From NCBI GenBank assembly GCA_963666985.2, contig CAXXIA010000001.1, positions 224,001-288,000 of the forward strand: DNA of 64,000 nucleotides, given 5' to 3'. Both the position numbers and the translations under genes were made by a program. This DNA is from Spirochaetia bacterium. Its GTDB lineage: Bacteria > Spirochaetota > Spirochaetia > DSM-2461. Below are positions 1 to 8,973 of the stretch, piece by piece. The notes below the pieces were generated by a model. It was given only the letters and a program-made list of their open reading frames with translations, ran no database searches and was not told the origin of the DNA. Each line of letters starts with the position of its first letter. The stretch's first letter is position 1.

Positions 1-1
1 C

Positions 2-418
2 CACAGACCCTTACGCGTACTGGATCAGGCGTCCGTTTACCTTCTCATCGCGGGCACCTACACGCCTGTTGCGCTTATTGCCTTAAGAGGTTCTTGGGGA
101 TGGAGCATTTTCGGCATTATTTGGGGCCTGGCGATTGCCGGTATTCTGATGAAAACCGTTCTTCTTCCGGGGAAAAACATCGCGTCGGATCTTCTCTACA
201 TCCCTATGGGCTGGCTTATAATCATCGCGTTCAAGCCCTTGCGGGACGCGGCTCCGAACGGATTCGTAATGTGGACCATGCTCGGCGGAGGACTCTATAC
301 CGGCGGGATGGTTTTTTATCTGCTCAAAAAAATGCCGTTCAGTCATGTAATCTGGCATCTTTTTGTGCTGGCCGGCGGCGTTTCGTTTTACCTGGGATTT
401 GCCAAGTATTTAACTTAA
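2..418 (+). CDS. Hemolysin III / PAQR-family membrane protein (5' truncated by window edge)
   Basis: Frame open from base 2: LDQASVYLLIAGTYTP...SHVIWHLFVLAG, HlyIII motifs with several TM helices. Confidence 0.9.
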   Translation, partial: HRPLRVLDQASVYLLIAGTYTPVALIALRGSWGWSIFGIIWGLAIAGILMKTVLLPGKNIASDLLYIPMGWLIIIAFKPLRDAAPNGFVMWTMLGGGLYTGGMVFYLLKKMPFSHVIWHLFVLAGGVSFYLGFAKYLT

Positions 419-501
419 AGAGGTTTTCGGCGCGCGGATGTTTTGTGGGGGCGGTGAGCTTTTACCTTCGACAAAAATGATCGTTCGGGTATAATTCGGC
501 C

Positions 502-1128
502 ATGAACACCGCTCGATACATCGCTGTTCCGGCATCTTCCGGTGATTTTTCCCGTCTGGGACGCATTGAAGCGGCAGGTGATGCTCAGTTCCCGCCGGGG
601 AGATTTCCCGGCGAGCCTGGAAGCGACAATGTTCCTTTAAGTGAATTGGAGAAGGCTCTTTCCGACGGGTTGCTTTGGATAGCCGTTGAAGAACGCGCCG
701 TAGAAGAAAACGCCGAGGCGCCGTGGACCGCGGATGGTGAAGAGCTTCGGGATTCACATAACTCGAGGATTTCCTCCGGCGCGGATCGGGCTTTGGGTTT
801 CGCCGTTTGTATCCGCCGCGCCGATCATCTTCATCTCCGGCAGATTGTCGTTGATCCTCCGTCGCAGCGCCGAGGGATTGGAAAATTGTTGCTTGAGCGG
901 ATTTTCTCCGAAGCTCAGGAGCTGGGCTGCGCGGCGGTTACTCTTACCACATTCGCCGACATTCCGTGGAACGCTCCTTACTACCGCCTCCGCGGTTTTC
1001 TGACTGTCGAAGAGAGCGATTTAACGTCGGCTTTACGGAAAGATTTGGAAGAAGAACGGGCCGCCGGCATGTTTCGCCGCATTGCGATGATTCGGCCGAC
1101 GGGGATGTCATCTTTTTTTATTCCGTAA
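502..1128 (+). CDS. GNAT family N-acetyltransferase
   Basis: Acetyl-CoA motif VDPPSQRRGIGKLLL; LTTFADIPWNAPYY.LRGF. Confidence 0.85.
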   Translation: MNTARYIAVPASSGDFSRLGRIEAAGDAQFPPGRFPGEPGSDNVPLSELEKALSDGLLWIAVEERAVEENAEAPWTADGEELRDSHNSRISSGADRALGFAVCIRRADHLHLRQIVVDPPSQRRGIGKLLLERIFSEAQELGCAAVTLTTFADIPWNAPYYRLRGFLTVEESDLTSALRKDLEEERAAGMFRRIAMIRPTGMSSFFIP

Positions 1129-2290
1129 CCGCCATTTCTACAATAACAACCTCATGCCGGCCCGCTGTCCGGGGATACCAGAGGGAAATTCCCGAACCGC
1201 TGGAAACATCAAGGACTAAAGATCCGATTCGAGAGGTTCCGAAATGCCGCCCTTTCAAAATGTGCCGGAGCATTACATTCATGGGAAAGACCGGGCCGCC
1301 GTGCGTGTGGCCGGAGAGCTGAAGACGGACGCCCGCGGCGGCGGCCTCTTCCGCAAGTATCGGCTTATGGTTGATGAGGATCGTCGGCTGTTCCGTATCC
1401 AGTCCGGCCAGAGTTTTTCGGGCCGCCTTTTCGTCGGCGAGAGAGTACGGACGAAGTCCGACGAAGACGACGCCGTCCATGATAATTGATTCGTTTTCCA
1501 AGAAACGCCAGGGCAGAATGTTCATCACTCGAGCCAGTTGGGAGGTTTCAATAAAGGGCATTTCTTTCCGGTGCCGCTGATTATTCAAGAGCTGCCGGGA
1601 AGAGCCGGGGATGCTCAAGTAGTAGTAGTCATGATTTCCGAGAACCGCCAGCACACCAATCGGTGCTTTTATCCGCGATAAAGTCTTTAATATCGCCTCC
1701 ACATCACCGCCGGGGCCGTCGAAAAGATCTCCCCCGCAGATGATTAAATCCGGTGCCTCTTTCTCAGTTATCTTAACCAGGCGTTCGGCCATGTTCGGGC
1801 CGTTGAGGGAACCGTAATGCGTATCGGAGAAAAACAGGATGCGTCTGCCGTTCCAGGAGTCAGGGAATCCGGCGGCGATAAACGGGACACGCCTGATTGT
1901 CAGACGGCGGGCGTTGATGAGTCCCCAAACAACATGGATCAGGGCGAGAGTATAGATGAGCTTGAAGCCCCAAGCGCTTGTGGGAACGGAAAAGCCGAGG
2001 AAATGGAGCACCGGTAGGGAAATTACCCGAATCGCCAGATACGCCAGAGATGCCATAAAAAGATCCAGAGTCAGTACAAAGGAAATCATGGAAATCCGGT
2101 AGATCATGCGGGCCGCCTGAGTATCTTTTTTAAAGGCGATATCACGGCCGAAAACAAGCAGGAGGGACTGGAACGCCGCAGTTCCGATAACCGCCGGTAT
2201 CCAGTCGCCCGGCGGCAGGGGAGCAAAGCGGATGATGGTCCAGGTCGGGAGGGCGTGCAACAGGAAGACGGCTATGAATTGCGGAATCAT
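1118..2290 (-). CDS. Membrane-anchored metallophosphoesterase (YkuE/YaeI-like)
   Basis: N-terminal TM helices; SDTH, GGDLFD, LGNHD, LSGHTHGG calcineurin-like motifs. Confidence 0.9.
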   Translation of the reverse strand: MIPQFIAVFLLHALPTWTIIRFAPLPPGDWIPAVIGTAAFQSLLLVFGRDIAFKKDTQAARMIYRISMISFVLTLDLFMASLAYLAIRVISLPVLHFLGFSVPTSAWGFKLIYTLALIHVVWGLINARRLTIRRVPFIAAGFPDSWNGRRILFFSDTHYGSLNGPNMAERLVKITEKEAPDLIICGGDLFDGPGGDVEAILKTLSRIKAPIGVLAVLGNHDYYYLSIPGSSRQLLNNQRHRKEMPFIETSQLARVMNILPWRFLENESIIMDGVVFVGLRPYSLADEKAARKTLAGLDTEQPTILINHKPILAEEAAAAGVRLQLSGHTHGGPVFPMNVMLRHILKGRHFGTSRIGSLVLDVSSGSGISLWYPRTAGRHEVVIVEMAVTE

Positions 2291-2714
2291 CGAATGTAGG
2301 ATAACGGCTGGAAAACATGGTGTTCAACCGGCGGGCACGGATTGTCACGGATACATTCGGTGTCGAAGTTTGTTTCGGCGTTCGGCAGAATATTCGCGGC
2401 TTTATACTTCTTTCCTTCTCTTCATAGTAAATCATGAAATGATTACCGAGATAAATAACGAGCCAATAGGAGTTCTTTCCTTGGGAAAAGTGTTTCCATG
2501 CAGGTCGGGTGATTACTAAGTGTCCGACCTGCAAGGAGATATCCAAATTATCGAGTTTAATATGCTCAAACGAAACCTAAGCGGATCAATTCGTCTGATT
2601 TCGGCAGGCTCATCGTAAAGACTCTCTTCGCCGATCGAATCATTTTGACGGGAGATCCTTTCCATGGTTTCGCAGTGGTTGGCTTTTTAAAAATAGTGAG
2701 TATCGAGAACTTTT

Positions 2715-2795
2715 ATGAAACAAATATTTGACATGGTTACATAGCCGGTATAGTATGAATGCCGATGAGAGAAACCGCTTACATATATATATCAT
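2715..2795 (+). promoter_or_regulatory. sigma70 promoter of TRAP-1 operon with shared -35 box and LacI-type operator
   Basis: TTGACA(2728-2733)-17 bp-TAGTAT(2751-2756); operator GAGAAACCGCTTACAT-ATATA-TATCAT at 2769-2795. Confidence 0.8.
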
Positions 2796-2985
2796 TAAGT
2801 CTTCTCTTCCGCTGCCGGATCGACGTGTCCGAAAGGCGGATGTCGGTTGACGGCAAAAAGCAATGGAAAAGACGTCGGCTCGGAATAACGGAATAAGCTT
2901 TTGTTTTATGGTGAAAAGTATAATTATCCCTGTTCTATGAAGGGGAAATTGTATAAAAAAAAACTCAAAAGGAAGAGGAGCAAAA

Positions 2986-4035
2986 ATGAAAAAAGGACTT
3001 TACATCACACTCGCATTGGTTCTTGTTTTCGCGTTTTTAACGGGTTGTGATAATAAGAAGGCTGAGGATACGTCTGATAAGGAGAAAAAGGTAAATCTTA
3101 CATTCGCCATGTATCTGCCTGATTTTGACGCCAGCACCAAGGACTGTGTTAAATACCTTGAAATGATCAAGGAAGCGACCGGCGGAACCGTTGATTACAC
3201 CTTGTATGCCGGCAGTCAGTTGTGTGCCGCCAACGAAGAACTTGACGCCGTGAGAAGCGGACTGGCCGATGTTGCTTTTTTCCCGGTTGCTTACGGCTCC
3301 GGCAACTTGCCTGAAAGCTTCCTTATGGAATATCCCGGCGTCAAATTTGTCAACGGAAAAGCCGCCTCCTATACCGTTATGGACTGGTTCAATCAGGTCC
3401 GACCCGAGGAACTCTCCGACTTCAAGCTTCTGTTTGCGCTGGGGCAGGGCAACGGCTGCGTTATGACGACCTTCCCTGTTGAAAAATTTGAGGATTTGGC
3501 CGGACATCAGATCCGTTCGGGCGACTCTCAGGCTCCCATTATTACGGCTTACGGAGCCACCCCGACCGTTATGGTGTTCTCCGAGGTTTATGAAGGTTTA
3601 AGAACAGGCGTTGTCGAGGGATTCTACGGGCTGGCTTGTGCCGGCAACAGTGTTAAGCTTTATGAAGTTACAGATTACGCCGTTAAAGATCCTTACTACA
3701 TGGGAACCTATATCATGGTTATGAATCAGGATGTCTGGAATTCTCTCTCTGAAGATCAGCAGACAGCAATCACAGAGACGACCGCCACCGCTTTTGAAGA
3801 GTTTCTCGCCGCCGGCAGAGATGCCGACGCGCAGGTTGCATACGACAATTTTAAAGCCAACGGCCTGACGGTCGTAGATTTTGATCAGGAAAACCTTGAG
3901 AAAATGATCGGTGCTTCCGGCTATTTGCAGGAAGATTATGCCGCCGGCCTTGATGCGCAGGGTTTTGACGGCACGGGCAACCTTGAGCTCTTCAAGAAGC
4001 TTGCGGAAAAGTACAACGCTGAATATGCCGACTGA
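2986..4035 (+). CDS. dctP: TRAP transporter substrate-binding lipoprotein
   Basis: Lipobox LTGC; GHQIRS with carboxylate-binding Arg; EVYEGLRTGVVEG; upstream of dctQM. Confidence 0.9.
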   Translation: MKKGLYITLALVLVFAFLTGCDNKKAEDTSDKEKKVNLTFAMYLPDFDASTKDCVKYLEMIKEATGGTVDYTLYAGSQLCAANEELDAVRSGLADVAFFPVAYGSGNLPESFLMEYPGVKFVNGKAASYTVMDWFNQVRPEELSDFKLLFALGQGNGCVMTTFPVEKFEDLAGHQIRSGDSQAPIITAYGATPTVMVFSEVYEGLRTGVVEGFYGLACAGNSVKLYEVTDYAVKDPYYMGTYIMVMNQDVWNSLSEDQQTAITETTATAFEEFLAAGRDADAQVAYDNFKANGLTVVDFDQENLEKMIGASGYLQEDYAAGLDAQGFDGTGNLELFKKLAEKYNAEYAD

Positions 4036-4211
4036 TTTCTGAGAAAGTAATTAATCTATACGGCGTCTGATATTACGCTCACCGGGGCGTCCCAGCGTTT
4101 CGGTGAGTCTTGATTATTGGTTTGCATATCTTAGCAAACGCAAAATATAACTTACCATATCATATGTTGTATGTTATGCCTCGACTTTGAGGCGAGAGAG
4201 GTTGCGGCAAA

Positions 4212-4760
4212 ATGAAAAAATTTGTCTCAATGTTTTCCATGATGACCTCATGGTTAGCAAAGCTATCGGGAATCTTATTGTTTCTTATAAGCATTCTTGT
4301 ATGCGCCCATGTCATACTGCGCGGATTCTTTAACGCCGGTATACTCGGAACGTATGAATTAGTGCAATACGGTATGCTTGTCATTGTCTCGCTGACGCTT
4401 GCGGAAAACGAATTGACGGGCGGCAATATCATCGTCAATTTCGTTCTGGATAAAATGAAGCCTCGCACGGCCAGCGTTATCAGCATCATTATGTATTTTA
4501 TTACAATCATTTTTATGTCATACGTTCTTTACAATCAGGTCGGTATGATAGGAAGGAAGCTGGCCGACGGCTCAGTAACAGGTACGTTGGGCATACCTCA
4601 CTGGATTCTCGTCATCCTAATCTGCATCGGGCTTTTCTTCTTTGTCATCGCTTTTATCATCAGAGTCTACAACATGATTATAAATCACGGAAATATCGAG
4701 AATAAAAAGCTCTCTCGTGATGAAATAGCGGCCAATACCGAAATTAAATCCGAGTTTTAA
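4212..4760 (+). CDS. dctQ: TRAP transporter small permease
   Basis: Four TM helices; lies between dctP and dctM. Confidence 0.85.
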   Translation: MKKFVSMFSMMTSWLAKLSGILLFLISILVCAHVILRGFFNAGILGTYELVQYGMLVIVSLTLAENELTGGNIIVNFVLDKMKPRTASVISIIMYFITIIFMSYVLYNQVGMIGRKLADGSVTGTLGIPHWILVILICIGLFFFVIAFIIRVYNMIINHGNIENKKLSRDEIAANTEIKSEF

Positions 4761-4778
4761 GGAAGGGAAAAAATCGAT

Positions 4779-6092
4779 ATGGACCCTGTAACAATAGGCA
4801 TTTTGATGCTTATCGGATTTGTTGTTTTTATGTTTCTCGGCCTCCCAGTTCCGATCTCAATGATGCTTTTTTCCGTTGTGGGAATGGTTTTAATAAAATC
4901 ACCCGCCGCCGCTTTTCAGGCGGTCGCTTCGGATATCTTCATAAACTTTGCGTCTTATACGCTTACGGTTGCGCCTATATTCGGCCTTATGGGATTTTTA
5001 GCCAGTTATTCGGGTATAGGAGAAAGCCTGTTTAACGCCGCCGACAAATTTATAGGTCATAAGCGAGGCGGTATCGCTTCTTCCGTTCAGGTAGCCAGCG
5101 CCATTTTCGGCGCCATCTGCGGCTCCATTCCCGCCACGATGGGTACGATGGTTACCGTCGCTTTGCCTGAAATGGAAAAGCGTCATTATAAACCGAGTCT
5201 TTCAACCGCCGCTATCGCCGCCGGTTCCTCGCTGGCCGTACTGATTCCGCCCAGCGCCACGATGATCATCTATGGCGTTACCGCGGAGGAATCCATAGGC
5301 AGGCTGTTTATGGCCGGCGTCTTTCCCGGCGTTCTCCTGATGTTATTCCAGATTGCCGCGATCTATATCGTTGTTAAACGGCATCCCGAATATGCGCCCA
5401 TGTCGGAAAAATCCACCTGGGCGGAACGCTGGAACGCGATTCTCAAGGGCGGACTTTTAGAGGTTATCATCATTTTCCTGCTGTCGATCGGCGGTATGTT
5501 CATCGGCTGGTTTACTCCGACCGAAGCTGCGTCCGTCGGAGCCATGGGCATGCTGATTATCGGCCTTGTTGAGCGGAAAATTAATTGGCAGAAGCTTATG
5601 ACCTGCCTTGTCGCTTCCGCCAAACTTGCCGCCATGGTTTTCTTCATAATCACCTGCGGTACACTGTTCGGCCGTATGTTCACGCTTTCCACGATTCCCT
5701 CGGCATTGGCGAACTTCGTAACAACACTCAATGTGGCTCCATGGGTTCTCATGGGCATTATCCTTCTGCTTTATTTTGTGCTGGGTATGTTTATAGACGG
5801 CATAGCGATCATTCTGATTACCGTCCCTATTTTTACGCCCATTTTGAGCGGTCTTGGCTACGATGCCGTCTGGTACGGCGTTCTGATCGTTTTGGTTCTC
5901 TGCCTCGGCGGCCTAACACCGCCAGTCGGACTCAACTGTTTCTATATGAAGGGATTTGCCAAGCATGTTCCGCTTTCCACGATTTTTTCAGGCGTTTGGC
6001 CGTTCGTCTTCTCGATTCTCCTGGCGATGATTGTCATCATGCTCTTTCCGGGGCTGGCCACATGGCTGCCGACGGCTCTTTACGGGGTTTGA
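4779..6092 (+). CDS. dctM: TRAP transporter large permease
   Basis: LIPPS, FTPTEAA and LTPPVGLN motifs; ~12 TM. Confidence 0.95.
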   Translation: MDPVTIGILMLIGFVVFMFLGLPVPISMMLFSVVGMVLIKSPAAAFQAVASDIFINFASYTLTVAPIFGLMGFLASYSGIGESLFNAADKFIGHKRGGIASSVQVASAIFGAICGSIPATMGTMVTVALPEMEKRHYKPSLSTAAIAAGSSLAVLIPPSATMIIYGVTAEESIGRLFMAGVFPGVLLMLFQIAAIYIVVKRHPEYAPMSEKSTWAERWNAILKGGLLEVIIIFLLSIGGMFIGWFTPTEAASVGAMGMLIIGLVERKINWQKLMTCLVASAKLAAMVFFIITCGTLFGRMFTLSTIPSALANFVTTLNVAPWVLMGIILLLYFVLGMFIDGIAIILITVPIFTPILSGLGYDAVWYGVLIVLVLCLGGLTPPVGLNCFYMKGFAKHVPLSTIFSGVWPFVFSILLAMIVIMLFPGLATWLPTALYGV

Positions 6093-6147
6093 CGGTTTTA
6101 AACCGGTCTATATCGGCTGCAATTTTCCGCATCTCTTCAGAGAAATT

Positions 6148-6188
6148 GAAAAGGGGGCTGTCCCATAAAGGGCGGCCCCTTTCTTTTT
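6148..6188 (+). terminator. Intrinsic terminator after TRAP-1
   Basis: GC stem GGGGGCTGTCCC / GGGCGGCCCC followed by TTTCTTTTT. Confidence 0.7.
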
Positions 6189-6277
6189 CCGATAAAAAAA
6201 CTTCCCGTTTTTCAAGAAAATATCTTTTTATGATGAAGCCGAAGAAAACCTCTTGAATTTGGTCGTTCCCTAATAAT

Positions 6278-6320
6278 AAAAAAACGGGGCTGTCTTAAAA
6301 ATGATAAGACAACCCCGTTA
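6278..6320 (-). terminator. Intrinsic terminator of the isomerase gene
   Basis: Stem ACGGGGCTGTCTTA / TAAGACAACCCCGT with an A-run on its left (U-run on minus strand). Confidence 0.7.
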
Positions 6321-6410
6321 AAATAAAACAAGAAAACCTGGCTGAATGCCATCAAGATTGAACGATCACCGATCATCCCATCTTGAAAAGTCAAAACAAA
6401 AGACCTGACC

Positions 6411-7928
6411 TTACACTGTAAGCAGCTCAAAGCCCAGTATTTTACCAAGCCTGACCATTTGATTAAAACAGTCTCCGTAGACCAGCGGCGTGTGGTTGCC
6501 AACTTGGCTTAATTTATCGAAAAAATCATCGGAATCAACAACCTGGAAAATAACTCCCTCGGTACAATTCTGTTTGTCATAGCCAATACCGCAGACCACA
6601 GTCCCTCTGGCAATGAAAAGCTTGCCGCAGGTGGGATCGATTCGACACATGGTGATAGGTTGTCCTTTGTCTTGGTTGAAGTTATAGCGTATGGTTGCTC
6701 CCCAGCCGCTATAGGCAAACGAACGTATCGCATAGGAACCGTTAGGTTTATCGAATCCTTTCAATTTCCGATTGGGAACCGAATGCCAGGTAAGAACCAG
6801 GTTTTCCATATTTTGAAGCTTTTTCTCCACCTCTTTTTCATCAAAATTACCCATCTCATTGTTTTTGATCGGATTGGTAATGGTGTTCCCCATGTAAGGA
6901 GCGGATCGAGCCGTATTCGACAGCATTACCATGGAAAGGAGAGCCGGGATATCATATTCACAGGAGGAGGGGATACCATTTTCATTATTCAGCGAATGGT
7001 TGAGGCAGAACGTAAACTTTTCCTCATTGAATCTTCTGGTGGCGCAGATATCGAAACAGGGAGCGGTAAAGGCGTTGCAGCCGGTTTTTTCCATCAATTT
7101 GTTGATAAGGTAATGGGCTTTCAGTGAGGGATAGACATTCTCGGGCGTCATATCACATTCCTCTGCGCCTTCAATAAACTCATTCGTCAGTCTTTTGATT
7201 TTTGTTTCGTCTGTATCGTTTATGTTGGGCTCATCTTTTCCGGGAGCGGTCGGGTTTTCACCGCTTGGAACATTATGAAGCTGGTCGAAAAACTCATGAA
7301 TATTATAATAAATGAAGCGCACGCCTAATTTGTCACTGACATCATCCAGGGACAGAAAGGCGTCGATCATGCCCGGAGCCCTGCCTGAATTAAGACGGTT
7401 GAACGCCAGAACCCTGGTTTGAGAAAGAGCTTTGCGAACCCTGAGCGCTTTAATAACATCAACAGCATCGTCTATGGTCTGACAGGGATAAACTTCATAT
7501 CCCCTGGCCAGCAGTGAAGCCGTAGATACGGTGTTAAGGCATCTGCCCAGAACGATCATCGGTTTTTTATATTTCCGGGGGAATTCCAACAGTAAATCCG
7601 TTACGGCGCCCTTAAAAATGTACAGGTCAACCTGATCGCTGTCTTTTCCCACCAAATCGAGATCGGCATCGGTTACCAGGAAACTTTCATCATACTGAAA
7701 ATGAATCGGTTCCAGGATATTGGCTTCATCAGTCGGAACCGCGCTCATAACACTCTCTATAAATGATTTATGTTTTTCGTCGTTTGCCCGTAAATCGTGT
7801 TCCTTTTTCAGCTTTTCACCCTCTTCAAAGCGGCAGGGCCCTTCAAATACGTAATTGTGGTACAGGCTGAGCGTTACCGGTCTGACATTGAGTTTGATCC
7901 CGAGGGTTGTGTTGATTTTAAAATCCAT
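6411..7928 (-). CDS. L-fucose/L-arabinose isomerase-like protein (FucI/AraA superfamily)
   Basis: GIPSSCEYD, WHSVP and C-terminal GNHTPLVYG metal-binding motifs; start placed at ATG 7928 after AAAGGA RBS (ORF track starts at 8051). Confidence 0.7.
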   Translation of the reverse strand: MDFKINTTLGIKLNVRPVTLSLYHNYVFEGPCRFEEGEKLKKEHDLRANDEKHKSFIESVMSAVPTDEANILEPIHFQYDESFLVTDADLDLVGKDSDQVDLYIFKGAVTDLLLEFPRKYKKPMIVLGRCLNTVSTASLLARGYEVYPCQTIDDAVDVIKALRVRKALSQTRVLAFNRLNSGRAPGMIDAFLSLDDVSDKLGVRFIYYNIHEFFDQLHNVPSGENPTAPGKDEPNINDTDETKIKRLTNEFIEGAEECDMTPENVYPSLKAHYLINKLMEKTGCNAFTAPCFDICATRRFNEEKFTFCLNHSLNNENGIPSSCEYDIPALLSMVMLSNTARSAPYMGNTITNPIKNNEMGNFDEKEVEKKLQNMENLVLTWHSVPNRKLKGFDKPNGSYAIRSFAYSGWGATIRYNFNQDKGQPITMCRIDPTCGKLFIARGTVVCGIGYDKQNCTEGVIFQVVDSDDFFDKLSQVGNHTPLVYGDCFNQMVRLGKILGFELLTV

Positions 7929-8093
7929 ATTTTTTCCTTTTACATTTTGGGGATGATAAGCAGCAAGCAAAGCGAGGTAAAATCCAAGCTTTTTTAATTT
8001 ATCTCCTCCATGTGCTTTCTTTTGGCGGGAGTCCATTTTTTTAAGTGTCACATTTTCTGAATCTCATAAATTATTTCAGGTTATTAATAGTTT

Positions 8094-8173
8094 ATGATAA
8101 ATAAATGTAAGCGTTATCTCTTATATCCTGCATATTGTACTCCTTTTCCCGTTATGTCAATCAATTGTTACAT
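8094..8173 (-). promoter_or_regulatory. Promoter/operator of the isomerase gene
   Basis: Minus strand ATGTAACAATTGATTGACAT (8173-8154); TACAAT (8139-8134, spacer only 15 bp); operator GAGATAACGCTTACAT-TTATT-TATCAT (8120-8094). Confidence 0.7.
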
Positions 8174-8731
8174 TTGTTACATTTTAACTCTCTGCTTTTA
8201 GGAGTTCACAAAGCCATGCGAGATTGTCGGAAGAATGCATGGTTCAGAGTGATTTTGCCGATGGATGGAACTCTAGAGATGAGTTTTTCGAAATCAGACG
8301 ATATAGCCGTTTTGGGATCTGGATAGGTTTACACGAATCAGGTTCCGGAAAACGATTCACTTCATCAGCTTTTTGTTCAAGCGGTTTTTCCTTCGAAAGG
8401 GAGTGCAAGAATGAATTGTGAGGTGTTTTGGAACCTCATTTTCTTCATACTTCTTTTGAAAATGTATTCAAATGTCTTAAACGGTAAGTTTTTTCATCTT
8501 CGAAATGTACAAAAATGCTGAAAATTTATTTCATCGCCGTCAAAGCCGCCTCTCCGGATTTTGTTATGAAAATGCGGTTTCAGCTAGACATCTTCGGTAT
8601 AATTCCGCGCTTACGGCTGTGGTCCGATTTCGGATTAGAAAGATCTTTGGTTATTAATGATTATCCCTGTTGCTGGAAAACAACCGGAAGTCGGCGCGGT
8701 CATATTTTTGATTGATGCAGCGAACGGTGTA

Positions 8732-8801
8732 CGGAAGCAATTGCTTGACTTCCAATTTGAACAAGTATAGAATCAGGGAAGCGCTTACATAATAGTATCA
8801 T
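8732..8801 (+). promoter_or_regulatory. sigma70 promoter/operator of the OYE1-AOR1 operon
   Basis: TTGACT(8745-8750)-17 bp-TAGAAT(8768-8773); operator AGGGAAGCGCTTACAT-AATAG-TATCAT at 8775-8801. Confidence 0.8.
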
Positions 8802-8973
8802 AAATTGTAGCGGCAAGCTGAAAAGCTTTAATCATATTAAAATGATGAGAAATCAAACAGCGGCTTTTATGGACGCGGCCTGTCGCTGTTTTAAGGCCTG
8901 ATTCGTCCTTATGACAGATTTATGAATGGCCCGTTTCAATCGGCACCGAAAGGTATTGGAGAAGAAAACCATA

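Noticed and set aside
2291..2714. Island boundary signals (integrase, tRNA, att repeats, IS ends) here and at 41.7-41.97 kb
   Set aside because: None seen; island status rests on gene content and composition only
2813..2862. c-di-GMP-I riboswitch suggested by a GAAA tetraloop and GACGGCAAAAAGC
   Set aside because: The upstream GGCAAAC element and expected spacing are missing
4077..4108. Hairpin after dctP1 (and a similar one after dctP2 near 36767-36818) as a novel RNA
   Set aside because: Stabilising stem-loops after binding-protein genes are ordinary
8174..8731. Short ORFs or a gene remnant in the divergent intergenic region
   Set aside because: No recognisable homology; stops in all frames examined
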